Below are positions 35,375-47,900 of a stretch of DNA of 64,000 bases, one piece after another. The notes below the pieces were generated by a model. That model was not told the DNA's origin, ran no database searches, and was given only the letters and a program-made list of their open reading frames with translations. The position numbers and the translations under genes were made by a program. Source of the stretch: Lepidodermella squamata (lineage: Eukaryota > Animalia > Gastrotricha). The stretch is taken from NCBI GenBank assembly GCA_047495785.1, contig JBLDXI010000045.1:1-64000 (forward strand), read 5' to 3'. Position 1 is the stretch's first letter. Every line of letters starts with the position of its first letter.

Positions 35375-37322
35375 AAAAAAAATGATTGAAACGACGGACT
35401 GAGATAATTGACTTGATAATTGTTCTGTTATTACGTATTATATACATTTATTTTGTCGATAAAACGGAAGAAAAACAAATTAAATTTGACTCGAGAAGCT
35501 GTTGTTGCGGCAGAAGAATAACGCGTTCTCCTTAATTTTTTTTCGCCTGGTTGTCCTACGACTAGGACCATGATGTTATGTTGCACAAATCACGCTGTTC
35601 TGCTGATTTTTGCTCGTCTAATCTTCATAAACAAATCGCTCTGTTTATTGGTGGGCCGTCTCAATTCTTTTTACATCATGATGTTAAACCCTCGATTAAC
35701 GCAATCATTTCTGTGTGTGTCTGATTATTTTTCTTTGCCTCTTCGTTTGTTGACCGAACACAAATAATTTACACCGTGATTTTGGGCCGCAAAAGCTGTT
35801 GTTTACCTTCTTTTGCTGTTAATCCTTCAACCTTCTTTACTTGAAATAATAATTCCAAGCCGCAAGAAAAATCCTGCTGCCGTCTTCTCGCTGTCATGGT
35901 ATACGTGCTTCGCGTTGTTGATACAGCAAAATCAGCTGTTTCTGTCGAATGATAACGATGAAACAAGGTCAATTAATTGCTCCGTGAATATTGTGTTATT
36001 ATTTGTCGCCGTCTAAGTTTCATCTGATTGTTAAAGCTTGATAAAAAAAAATAATGACAGATAATAGTGGGCGAATGAATGAAAATGCATTCAGAACGAA
36101 CGACAATATATAAACACATGTTTTCTTGATAGTCTTTCTAACGCTGCTGCATATGGTTGGCACACACAAACGCACACCTCGTTTTTTTCTCCTCTCTTTT
36201 ATTTGTTTTTTGTCAATGGTGGTTTTGAAATTCGTTGAATGTTTGTTCACGTGGGAAACAACCAGGGATCGAAGTTCAACACCTCTTATTGTTTGAATAG
36301 GGAAGAGATCTGCTTGTTAAGGTGGGTTCCCGTCGTCTATTAATGGCAAAGTTGTGATCGTATGAACTCGCAGTCAGTTTTGATTACTTATTACTACATG
36401 AACCGATGTTGTTTGGCAAGTCTTACTACGATGTAGAAACTAAAAACTCTGTGAACAATTCGTTAAACCAAAAGGCTAATATGCGGAAAGATTTGTTTTT
36501 TTTTTCTTATTTCGCCCCGCAGCATACCGGATTCTTTTTGGTTTACTACTTACGGTGTAGAGATATGGTTTTGTTATTGTTAAATTCATATATATATACA
36601 AATATAATTTACGCACGCCTGGAGGTGACTAACTTGCTGACTTGATTGGAATATTGCAGCTTGGTGCCAACAACGTTTTCGCTCTTCTTCTGCTCCGTTT
36701 GTTAATTCATGTGAATCAAAAATATTGGCATCAAAGATGTTGGAATCGAAGAATCATTGTGTTACCTGTTTGTGAAGTTATTCATCTCCAAGATGCGTAA
36801 AAAAGACGAAAAAAAATCGACTATTCAAAGTAATATAATGAAAAAAATGCATATATTATATATAATATTATGTATCTACGCGATGTGAACCCGATTTGAA
36901 AAGAACCCTGTAGATGTATTTGAATTGTGATTGTTTATTCTCGGTAGAAATTTCCTGTTCATGTAAGTATGTAACCAGATGCATTACTATTTGTTCATTA
37001 GGTATACCTATCTCGTTGATGTCGCCATAATTTTTACTCTCGACCAGCGTGGTGTGAATTTGTGCGTAATCACCTTTTCATTGTGCAGCGGTCTGTGTTT
37101 CTCTCACTTCGATGTAATAATATTATTATTATTTACTTATCGTAGAATTATATTACAGGATAATTATATTAATGATAATTATTATTAATAAAATTGTTAT
37201 TGATGAAAAAAAATCACGCGTTTTTCCTGGGTTCGGGTATATTTATTATTTGATCATCAGCATTTTTTCATTCAAAATATCTGGGAGGAAAAATGTGAGT
37301 TCGCCGAGTCTCAAGATCGCGT

Positions 37323-37882
37323 TTACTTGATCAGCAGAGAGAAGATGACGCACAGATGTTCAGCGTTGTTGCCGCCGTCTTGCTTGACCTTGACAACTGT
37401 ACGCATCGGGGGAGCGTCGGTCGGGACGGTGATCTGCTCGGTGTAGGTGTAGGTCTTTCCCTTAGCAACGGGGCACGACGGGCTAACCGATTGGCAACCA
37501 TCCTTCAGCTTGATACCTTCCCATTTAACCTGGAAAAAAGTTGAAACGTAATGAAATTCCGTAGTGTTTTAGCTATAACGTACCTGGGCACCGTTAAGGA
37601 TAGCGAAAAACTGGGTCTTGAGGGAGCTATGGGCACCCCCAGAGATGTAATCAGCCTTGATGGTATAGGTTTTACCCCTGCATTATAAATATTAAAATAT
37701 AGACAATGATTTTTTCAGAATTTATCTCGATACCTCATGAGGGTAGGTGTAGCTTTGTTGTCAGAACCTTCCACGACGATCTTTTTGACAGTGGACGAGC
37801 CGCATGAACGGAACTTGACATTGGCCAGGGCCAAGTCGCAGCCCAAAACAGCAGCTAGAGCAATAAATGCCAGAACTTTCAT
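37323..37882 (-). CDS. Secreted ML (MD-2/NPC2-like) lipid-binding protein 1 (3 exons)
   Basis: Signal peptide MKVLAFIALAAVLG, VKFRSCG, RGKTY, DGC...SCPVAKGKTYTY, HLCVIF. Confidence 0.85.
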
Positions 37883-37977
37883 TTTTAAAAGAAACGCTAG
37901 TCCTATATATGAAAAATAATTACAATCATTAACAATTTAATCATGTACAAAATTCTGGATGAAACAATACAAAACGA

Positions 37978-38491
37978 CTATTTTATGTTCAAAGAGAGAA
38001 TCAGGCAAAGGTGGTCTGTGTTGCCTGATGCTTGGATCATTTTAACAACAGCTCGCATTGGAGGCGCATCTGCTGGGACGGTGAATGTCTCGACGTAGGA
38101 GTAATCGTGGTTACTGACGATCGGACATGTCGGCGTGGTAGCAGCGCATCCGGGTGCCATTTTCATCTCCCACGGAACAGCTATGCCGTTCATAATCGCA
38201 TACCAGTTGGTCTTCAATTTCGTAAAACCATGAGACTTCTCGCTTGACTTGTAATCCACCTTGATCGAGTAGGTTTTATTGCGGTAAATTGTCGGCGATG
38301 CTGTATTCTCAGTTCCTTCGATAACCACTTTAGAAACAACTGCGAGGCCTGTTGGAAATAACAAATGGGATGAAAACAAATCACTTCGATTGATTTTATT
38401 GCCACTTACCGCATTTCCGAAATTTAATCGCCGCTGAAACCAGGGCTAATCCGGTCAGGAAATGCAAGACGGCTAAGAAATACCTACTCAT
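37978..38491 (-). CDS. Secreted ML/NPC2-like protein 2 (2 exons)
   Basis: Signal peptide, IKFRKC|G, GC...TCPI...YSY, HLCLIL; paralogous to protein 1. Confidence 0.85.
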
Positions 38492-40424
38492 AGTTCAGTC
38501 GGAAATTAGCCAGTGACGGCTGTGCTACGACATTGGCACGGTTAAATACCATTGGCAACCGTTAGATAAGGCATTACTTTGGCGGCTTCAAGAGCTTTAC
38601 TGTGATGGCTTTCACGTCTTCCTTTGATGCGAGTCGCGTGCTTTATCGAATTTTCCGTTCTCACGCTCGCGACTGTTTACTGATCGCGCGCCGTGTCGCG
38701 TCAAGAATACTTGATATCTCGCCGATTTATAGATGTTGCATAACTACAGCTCGCCGTTGAATCGAAAAATGAGGTGAAAATCATACGCATATCGTGGAGT
38801 GAAAATCGAGGCTATTTTGCTTTCCCCCATTTTTTAGGTGTGAATGGATAGTTGTCATAACGAGCGGTGAATTCATTGACTGGCTGCGAACACACCTGTT
38901 GAAGTTAATTATGCGAGTTCAGCATAGAGCGCTGGCTCAATCGAGAATGATCATTTACGGCTCTCGTATAGGGTGAATTATTTTTCATACACCCCAAGTG
39001 CGCTCGTTAAAAGTGCGTGTGATAATTTATCCTTCCATTTGGCACTGGATGCGAATCAAAGTTACTGAGTTATCAGATTCCGATTTAATTACCGAGTTCG
39101 TCATGAAGCTCATTAGAGCCGTGCGTATTTTTATCATTATCGCTCAGTTTTTCTATCCTCAATCTTTCTAGGCTAAAATCAAGTCCTGGATTTCTATTGC
39201 GATTAATAATTAACCACTCGCCTTGATTATAAATTAGAATTCACTGTAAACACTTGGAAGAATAAATACCCTTGGGTATAATTTCTTTAAGATCATAGCT
39301 TATATCCAAAAATAAAACATTTGCCATGGTGGTTTCAATTTTATTCTTTCTTTTTCTCATTATTGATCCAACAGCAGACAAATGATGTTAGGCTTTCCAT
39401 GATCGTTACAAAAATGGACATTTTTTACGAAACTAATCCTTCTTCCGTAAAAGGAGCGAACGAAATCCGCGGATCGTACAAAAAATAAGTAGAAACAAAT
39501 AAGTTAATAAGCCGAAAAATTCACTTAGTACAAGTCAAATCGCCTATAATAATTAATAATAATAACGAATGAGAAGGCTAAGAAATTACGTAAGACACAC
39601 CAGTTGTGAGAAAGAGAGAGAAGAGAGCGCGCAAAAATTCGAATAATAACCAGAAACAATTGTAACATGATATTTCTCAAGCAGTCTAGCACGAGTACGA
39701 TCAAAAACCACGAACAGATTCAACAAATAAAAGATGATACACATTTTATCAACTCACAGCTATTGTGTTGCGTTTGATTATTTTTTAAAACAAATGTCAC
39801 GTTGTAATGTTCAAAAGTCGACGAATCATTTTTTGTATACTTTACACAAAGCTGAGATATACAGGAACAGGGCAGTGTTCACTAAAAGATAATTTTTCTC
39901 AGCAATTTATCAAACAACTCGTATTAGTGTACAACAAAGTCGGTAAGAATTGAGTAAACTAATGATCAGCAATAGATTATCAGAGTTTGCAAACAACCAA
40001 AAACATAACGGCAGTTGATGAGGAAATCTAGATCTCACTCAGTCGAACGAATTATTGAAAATTATAATAGGGCTAATGGCATATTTTTTGACAGGATCAG
40101 TGGAAAAATTGGGTCTAAGATAATGCATTTTGACCAAGAAATTTGATTAATTATGCCTATTGACTAATTGCAAAATTGCCCATCGTTTCTTCGTGTTTTA
40201 TTAATATTAGCACAATCAATCGATCGTATCAAAAGTTCTTGATAAAAATAAATCATATTAGACCCACAGGTGATGCATTATTAAAATCACAAAACCTGCT
40301 GCTGCTGCTGCTGCTTGGGTAACATTTACTAGGTAAAGAAGGTGGTTCCGTATCACCGGATCACTTGAATGGCAAAATTAGGGAAATACTAATAATAGTG
40401 ATCATAGCAGATCGATCAATTTTT

Positions 40425-42324
40425 TCATTGAAACGATGGCGGTGCTTCGGTTGGAGAAGTGCCAAAAAGATCGGCATCCTCCTCAGGTGGCAGCGTGATT
40501 TGCTCGATCTTTTGCAAGGGGTCGTGCAGTTCGGTTACGTAGCCCAATGCACGAAAAGCGTGGCGGCGAATGAAGAAACGATCGCCGACTTCAATGAAGC
40601 CAGGTCGCTCAACAAAATCGATCGTGCAGATGTACCGCGTCTGGCATAGCCAAGGTGAGTTGGTGCTGTTGTTGCTATCAAACGGCACTTGCTCGTCGAT
40701 TTTCTCCAGGCGCAAACAAGCGACTGTTTGACAATAGCCACCGCGATGCAACTGAACCGCGATTGGCGCAGTTAATGTTGAAAGCGCATCCATTGAGGTC
40801 GATTGCTGATTTGGACCGAATGCAGCGAAAGGCTGGATAATTGCTGAGAATCGCCGGGTAGAAAGCGGCTCAACGCTCAGTGAAAGCAAAACGGAGCCCT
40901 GAAAAACACGATTATGTTTAAATATTATAATATTTTTTTTACAATAAACCAACCCTCTTCAAGTGCAATGCTTTCGATGGTTCTTCAAAATCAAGACAAA
41001 TCGCGGCGTATTGGCCAGGTCTGACTATTTCGACCGGGTTTCGGCTCCAATGAAGCGATCGGACTTTTGCCAGAGAATAATTACCTTCAGCATCTGGTCC
41101 CACTCGTATGACTTGTTCAATATTCAAGAGGCCGCTAGTCAAAACACCGCCGACAACGACTCCAACAGACTGGATATTGAAGACTTCGCGTACATAGAAG
41201 ACGCTGTTCACGTCACCAAGAGTGCTCAACACGTTATTCACACGGTGACGAGGCTCAAGAGCGTGGAAGAACTGTGTCAAAAGTCCAACTCCATCTCCAG
41301 TTACGCTTGATATAGAAAATACGGGCAGCAGTGTTTTGTTGCCAAGAGATAACTCCTTCGCCATTTTGACAGCATCGTCAGCTGAGTGAACGATGAAAGG
41401 TTCGAGATCAGTTCCAATGGCACGACAGCTTTGCGCCAGAGGTTCAATGACTTTATCAGTGTAGTATTTATCGATGCCCTCTTCGTAGGCAGTTGACGGA
41501 AGAAGATCTTTTTTCGTAATCACGGCAAAGACTGAAATATCGAGTGCTTTTGCTATTGAAAGATGTTCGTAGGTTGAACAGACAGGCCCGGAGACTGCAG
41601 AGATAGTTAAAGCTGCATAGTGAGGACTAAATCCTAATATGCCGTTTACAGTTGTTTTGAAATATTTACTGCATCCAGCAAGATCAACCATTGTTACAAT
41701 AGATGTTGAAGTATTCTGTAACAAGTCCGGATTGGATATTTGACCGTAATTCATAACACGGCCGTGATTGTCGAATCCAAGGACTTCGAAAGAGAAGCTA
41801 GACGTCCTACCAGTTTGCACTTCGTGAGGATGCCTGAAAAGATTCAGTCTTGACAATCCGCAACCATTATCCAACATTCCGGTACTCAATACGCCAAGAA
41901 GTGTTGATTTGCCAGCATCGATCGCACCGAGCATAGCCAATCGCACCTCGGAATGAGCGACACCGGCGTGTGGTAGGCGGCGAACAACAACTCTAGCAGC
42001 CCACCGACCGGAGGGTGTTCGAGTTCTCGTTAACGATGTTATTTTCGCATTTAATCTTTCGGCCATTTGTGTCACAGTTCTCAGAGAGTAGTCCAATTCC
42101 GACTGAGATAATCCCTTCAAGTTGCCACAATCTTCGACACCAATCTGGTATACAGCTTCGCCATTTCCCTCTTCCAATCGCCAAAGCATTTGAGTTGTCA
42201 GATGCTCAAGACGAACGTCGGTCAGATTTACCAGCTTCAGCTTATACTCGACGTTTCCCTCTTGAGGTTCGGGAGGAAGCGACGGCGAGCCCTCCATAGA
42301 ATTTTGCAAGAAAGTTTCACTCAT
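40425..42324 (-). CDS. GTPBP2: GTP-binding protein 2 (translational GTPase), 2 exons
   Basis: LPPEPQEGNVEYKLKL...WRLEEGNGEAVYQIGVED, GAIDAGKST, RHPHEVQTGRTSS, DLAG, TKKD. Confidence 0.92.
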
Positions 42325-43812
42325 TGTCAAAAAATATTAATAATGCAACATCTCAGTCTAAAATAGCAACCGACAACCGATGAGAGTGATTCGCTACGAC
42401 GATAATAGATATAGAATGATTGAGTATGATCGAGTATCACAAAACAAAAAGCCAACTTCAGTAATGCTCGAGTTGACGTTAGACACACCTTTCATAGGCT
42501 GAAACCAGGTAATCACGGTATGACACCCAAAACCGCAATATTGCGTCGATTTGCGTCAAAAGATAAGATGACCTCAGCTTTTTTCGCACCCAACTTTCCA
42601 TTCAAAATAAACGATTATTTTGAGAATCCATTATTTCAGTGTAAAAAATATCAAAGATTTATAACAATATCCAAAATAATAACCTGAAGGTCGCGAAATT
42701 CGAATAAAAATTACGCGGTTCTTTTTTTAGCAATGAACTTCTCTAGCGTTCGCTGTTTGTTTGCTATGTGGCTTCACACCGACAATTTTCACACCGACTA
42801 GCAGCTAACAGCTAACAGCTGATACAGAGCTATATTTGGACCGCAGTATTTGTTTCGTGTTTTGAGACTCTCTGATTTCTGATGGAAGTCGCATGTGAGA
42901 TTCTTTATACCCACAAATCCTCAAGTCGTAAGTATGTATGAATTACGAATTAGGAATAGCATTGATTCTTTACGCTCATGGCTATACAAGGTCAAGTTTT
43001 GTGTTTTGTATGCAAGTTGTATTATAACCTATAACCTATACCCTATCATCTTAAACTTGGAAGAAATCAAGCTTTGACATAGAAATTGTGTATCGTGCTC
43101 TGTGGAAATTCCACCGTAGTCTCACTGAAAGCTATTATGATTCCAAGTGAGCTGATGAATTATCTGATGCTTTTCACTGTCGAATGATGGCTTAACGCCA
43201 TGATATAAGTGTCATTTTAATGAAAAGATAGCAAACCATCAAATATATGACGTGTTAGTTTATTAGCAGTGCATCAATCCACTATCGTAACAGCACCTAA
43301 CACCGAATTATCCGTAACAGGTCTTCTCAACTTTTCAACCCAAGCTTCACCAGAGTTGGTAGCAGGGTCTAATATCCATCCATCCATCCATCTGTTAAGC
43401 AATTCGGTGAAAGATCAGTTTCCAACGTTTTGACTCGGGCGCCTGGCGCAAAATTACACTCTTTAATGTGTATTAAATAGGTCCCATCTCACCTTTATAT
43501 TTTTACATTTGCGAAAGCTTTCTTTTGCGTTCACTTATTTGGCACTTTTTGATAGGTAGCTTCAATTATTAATGACATCAGAGATCGTTAGCACTGAAAA
43601 TTGTCTTGCAACAATTTCTGCTCGTTTTTCACTCTTCGCTCTCTAGGAGCCGCGGGGTACAAGATAGATTCAAGAAAATAGTAACACAGATTACTCCAAA
43701 TATGACACCTTCTATTTAAACTCTTGATTAACATGGAATTATGCATGATTTTTCTTTTATGTTTAGAGCTTGCATTGATGTTGCATTGATTTTTCCCTTG
43801 ATACATTTGGCC

Positions 43813-44772
43813 ATGCCTCGTCGTGCAAGAGATGCGGAGCCTTCGACATCCGCAGTCGTAGCAACTCCTTCTGCGTCTCCCCCTCCTTCGACTTCTTCTA
43901 TGGGCGAAACTTTGAAGGCACTGGACGAGCTGCCAAACGAGATACGGGAGAAGCTTGATGAAATGGCGAAAATGGACGAGCAATCATTTAAACTGCAAGA
44001 AGAAGCTGAATTAATGACGGCCACTTATATTAAAGGTGTGAAGCGCATGCCGCGAGCTAGTCGAGTAACCTCTAGAATGGCAATTCGTCGATTACATGAA
44101 AACAACTGCGATCTAGCTGATAAAAAAGTCATCATGGCTAGAGAGCTATCAGAATTTGTTGACAGTCATATTCAGAGGCTCGATGAATCCCTCTCTAAAT
44201 ACGAGGATGCGCTTTTTGAATATTTGGCCAACCCTAAAAACCACCGCCCTGCAAAACCAGATGGCAGCGACGAACCTAAATCTAAGAATCGGAAAGGCGG
44301 CCGGGGCAAATCGAAATCTTCAGAAACGCGTCCCGAATCTCCTCCTAGACCAATCCACAAGGAACTCACTTTGCTCAATCATTCCATATTGAAGCATGTC
44401 ATTGCTCAATCCGATGCTCCGAACGACAAGCTTAACGCGGGATCTATTATTCAGCAAACACGTGCGGGTCATTTTGACATGCCTTTAGATCCTCACGAGC
44501 CTACTTATTGTATATGCCATAACGTTTCTTACGGCGAAATGGTTGGCTGTGATAATCCTGACTGCGTTATTGAGTAAGCTCTATTTTACAAGCTTGAAAT
44601 TTAAGTAACTTTTTTATTGATTTTCAGGTGGTTTCATTTTGCATGCGTAGGTTTAACAGAACAACCTGATGGCGAGTGGTTCTGTCCTAGATGCGTTGAT
44701 TTCATGCCGAAATCTGATTCGAAACCTCCTAATGCTGTTGCGCCTCCTAAGAAAAGATTCGCGAGAAAATAA
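43813..44772 (+). CDS. ING5: Inhibitor of growth (ING4/5-like) PHD protein, 2 exons
   Basis: N-terminal LDELPNEI...DKKV...VDSHIQRLD; [29 protein letters not shown]|WFHFACVGL...WFCPRC. Confidence 0.9.
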
Positions 44773-44982
44773 TCTATGCTTTGTTGTTGTAAATGTTTGG
44801 AGTTACGAAGATTTCTAACAGCGACAATTGTTATTTTTACGTTCCTTATAGAGGGATCTTTATATGCTACTTGACTTCTCTCGAATCATTAAACTCATTT
44901 GATTTGGCTGATAATTTTTGTATTTTTTTTCTAGAATTATAATGAATATTCAGGACACAGAGCGGTAGCGGCGTCTAGTTGC

Positions 44983-47900
44983 ATGGACGAGAAAGATTAT
45001 GCTTTAATACCTATCGGCACGGAAGTTAGTGCCAAGTTCAAGGGCGCATTTTGTGAAGCAAAAATCGGCAAAATAAGCAAATGCATCAAATGCAGGGTAT
45101 GCTTGAAATTTCTATACAAATATCCATTATTTCCATAATTTGTCTTTGCAGGTTGTTTTTGAAGGAGAACAAGCCTCTAGTGTTGTTTTCGACGAAAATA
45201 TTAAAGGCTCGTTGAAAGTTGGTGAGAAAGTTGAAGCTAGAATTTCACCGACGAAACCATTCCGTAAAGCTACGGTGACCAAAGTTGTCGATGATACTAT
45301 TTACACCGTTGGTATGTGCCCTTGATCTGCCTTGGTAGGAATATATAAACCACACTGTTTATTTTGTTTCAGTCTTCAATGACGGCGATGAAAAGTCTTT
45401 GAAACGGAATCAGCTGTGCATCAAAGGCGACAAGCATTTTACTGATAGTCAAGTACGCCTTTATTTTTATATGGTTAACGGTTTTAATTTTGTATTTTAT
45501 TCAAGTCTTTGGATTCCATGCCGCTCGTCCATCCTGAGGAATTTGGATCTCCGGTTGTCAACAGCAAAGAAGCGAAAAAAGACGAATTCGCCATCGGGCA
45601 GGTTGTCTGTGTTGAAGTCGAGCTGAAAAACAGTGGCCAAACCGTACTAGCACCATGCTTAATAGTCACCTCAGATACTCAGGGTCGCCAGCCAAAACGC
45701 GACCAATTGATGATACGCTCTTTCTTGGACAACAAATTGTAATTTATTTTGGTTTTCAATTTCTATTCATCGCTTTATTTTCTTATAGCATGACCGTTTC
45801 GCGAAAAGAGGTTAAACCTTACAAGCCAGGTGATTCCCAATCGGTTGACAACAACAGTTCTCAGAGCTCTGACGACAGCGATAGAAAACGTTCTGGTGCT
45901 AAATCGGCTGATAAGAAGGAAGAGCAGCCGAAAGCTGTCGTCAAAGCGTTTGAAAAGGCGGCAGCTTATTGGGAAAGCGACGCATTGCCCGACTCGTGGA
46001 ATCGCAGCCAGCTGTTGGAGGAAGACGATGCACCTCCTTCTTCAGCGAAGAAAGGCAGTAAGAACGAGAAAGACGAGAGTGAGGACGAAGAATCTTCTAG
46101 TTCGTTGAGCTCTTTTGAAAGTTCGGACGAGGATGGCCAGCCCAGCGAAGAACGTGATCGATTTGTTGCTCAGCTTTACCGGTAAATTTATGATTTCATT
46201 TACGGATATATACTTACACTTATTAGTCCGATAAAGGGTTTCGGCGTAAATTTCCACGAGCATTTTTGCAAATTCGGTAACAGGATGAGAACGAATTTTG
46301 TTGCACTAATTTCTTGAAATTTCCAGAAAAATTATGCTTTTTTCACGGAATCTTTTTTCGAAGCCAGAAGCGTAAAAATATTGTTCCGGTTTATTTACGG
46401 GCTTATTTATGAGTTCTTTTTTCGGGAAAGCAATGAATTCAATATACAGAGAATCCCATGAGTAAAAACCAAAGTAAAACGTGGGAAAATGTATATTCAA
46501 AATGAGAGATTGAGTCCTACCTCATCGCCGAAAAAAACTCGAAAAATTCGAAAGTAGCTATTGAATTTGTCAAAAAGAATAAGAAAATCCTGAGAAATTC
46601 GTTTCAACCGAGCCAATAACCCATAATTGCTGAAAAATTGTCATCGAATTTTTACGAAATAATTTTGATTTATTTTTTATGAAATCACCGATATTGAATG
46701 AGAAATGTCCTTCTTACGTTGATCACTTTGAAAAATTGTCAATTTGTCCCCATATAAATGGTTGTACGACTTATGCGACACGAGGAATTTCAAACCTCTG
46801 GAAAATCGCGGCTTAATTGATATATAAATGGCTCGTTTTTCAATAAATTGAATTGAAATTGAATTTTTATAATTTTCAAAATTATTTCGTGGTTAAAATG
46901 GCGTAATGGTTGTCATAATATATGCTCATAATTAACGTACTTTTCGCTGAAAATGAACGATCATTCTCCATGTTTTATTTAGGTTCATGGACGAGCGAGG
47001 CACTCCGTTGAATAAAGCTCCGAGTTTGGCGAACAAAGATCTAGATTTATACCGGTTGTACACCCTTGTGCAGCATTGCGGCGGTTTCAACCGCGTCAAC
47101 CGTCGCGACAAGTGGCTTTCGATCTACAAGCGTATGCACATTCCGCAAGCGGCAACTGCCCGGGCTCAAATCATCCGCGCGTACAAAAAGTAAGTCGGCA
47201 TTTCATGACCTTTGCACTTGACTTGTTACCTGTAATTCGCGTGGTCGATTGCGCTTTGCTATTCGTAATAGAAGTGACATTGCAAGCTTACAAAGTTAAG
47301 GCGGATACTATAAGTTTACTCGAGTGTGATTTAGACCCCTTGCTATGAGGAAGAGTCTTGCTTTTTCAATTGCGTAACACTTTTAACAAGGCACGCGATT
47401 GCGGCATGCTCTTCAACCACATTTTTTTGGCACGAGTTCGTCCATCAAATCGAGCCTATATTGGCATCGAAGCGACGAAAATGCGGCTCGCGTCCAACAA
47501 CGCCGGCGAGCACGTGGCGAACTGAGTGCTTGTGTGTGTCTTTGTTTTATGACTGCCTCTTAATGATGGTGTGGGTATCTGTTGAGAGACTACGCTGATG
47601 ATTGACGTTTTTTATAACTGCATGAGGTGTAGTGCATCCCAATCGTTTAATTTTAGCGACGACAGAAAAAAATTAGTTGTCATCAATAAAACATAAGTAA
47701 TCGAACTACTGAAGCGCGATCTCTATATTTAAGGTAGTTTTCATGGCAAAATTTCACATTTTATTTTTGGCGTGACATAAATCGGCATAAACAAAAAACA
47801 TTTTTTTGTTAACGCTGAGAAATTTCTGGTACGACCAGATTGCTTCATGGATATAGAACACTAAAATAGGGTTAAAAATGGGTGAATATAGAATAAGGAA

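Noticed and set aside
35400-37200. Short ORFs downstream of kintoun
   Set aside because: AT-rich 3' UTR-like sequence with no coding motifs.
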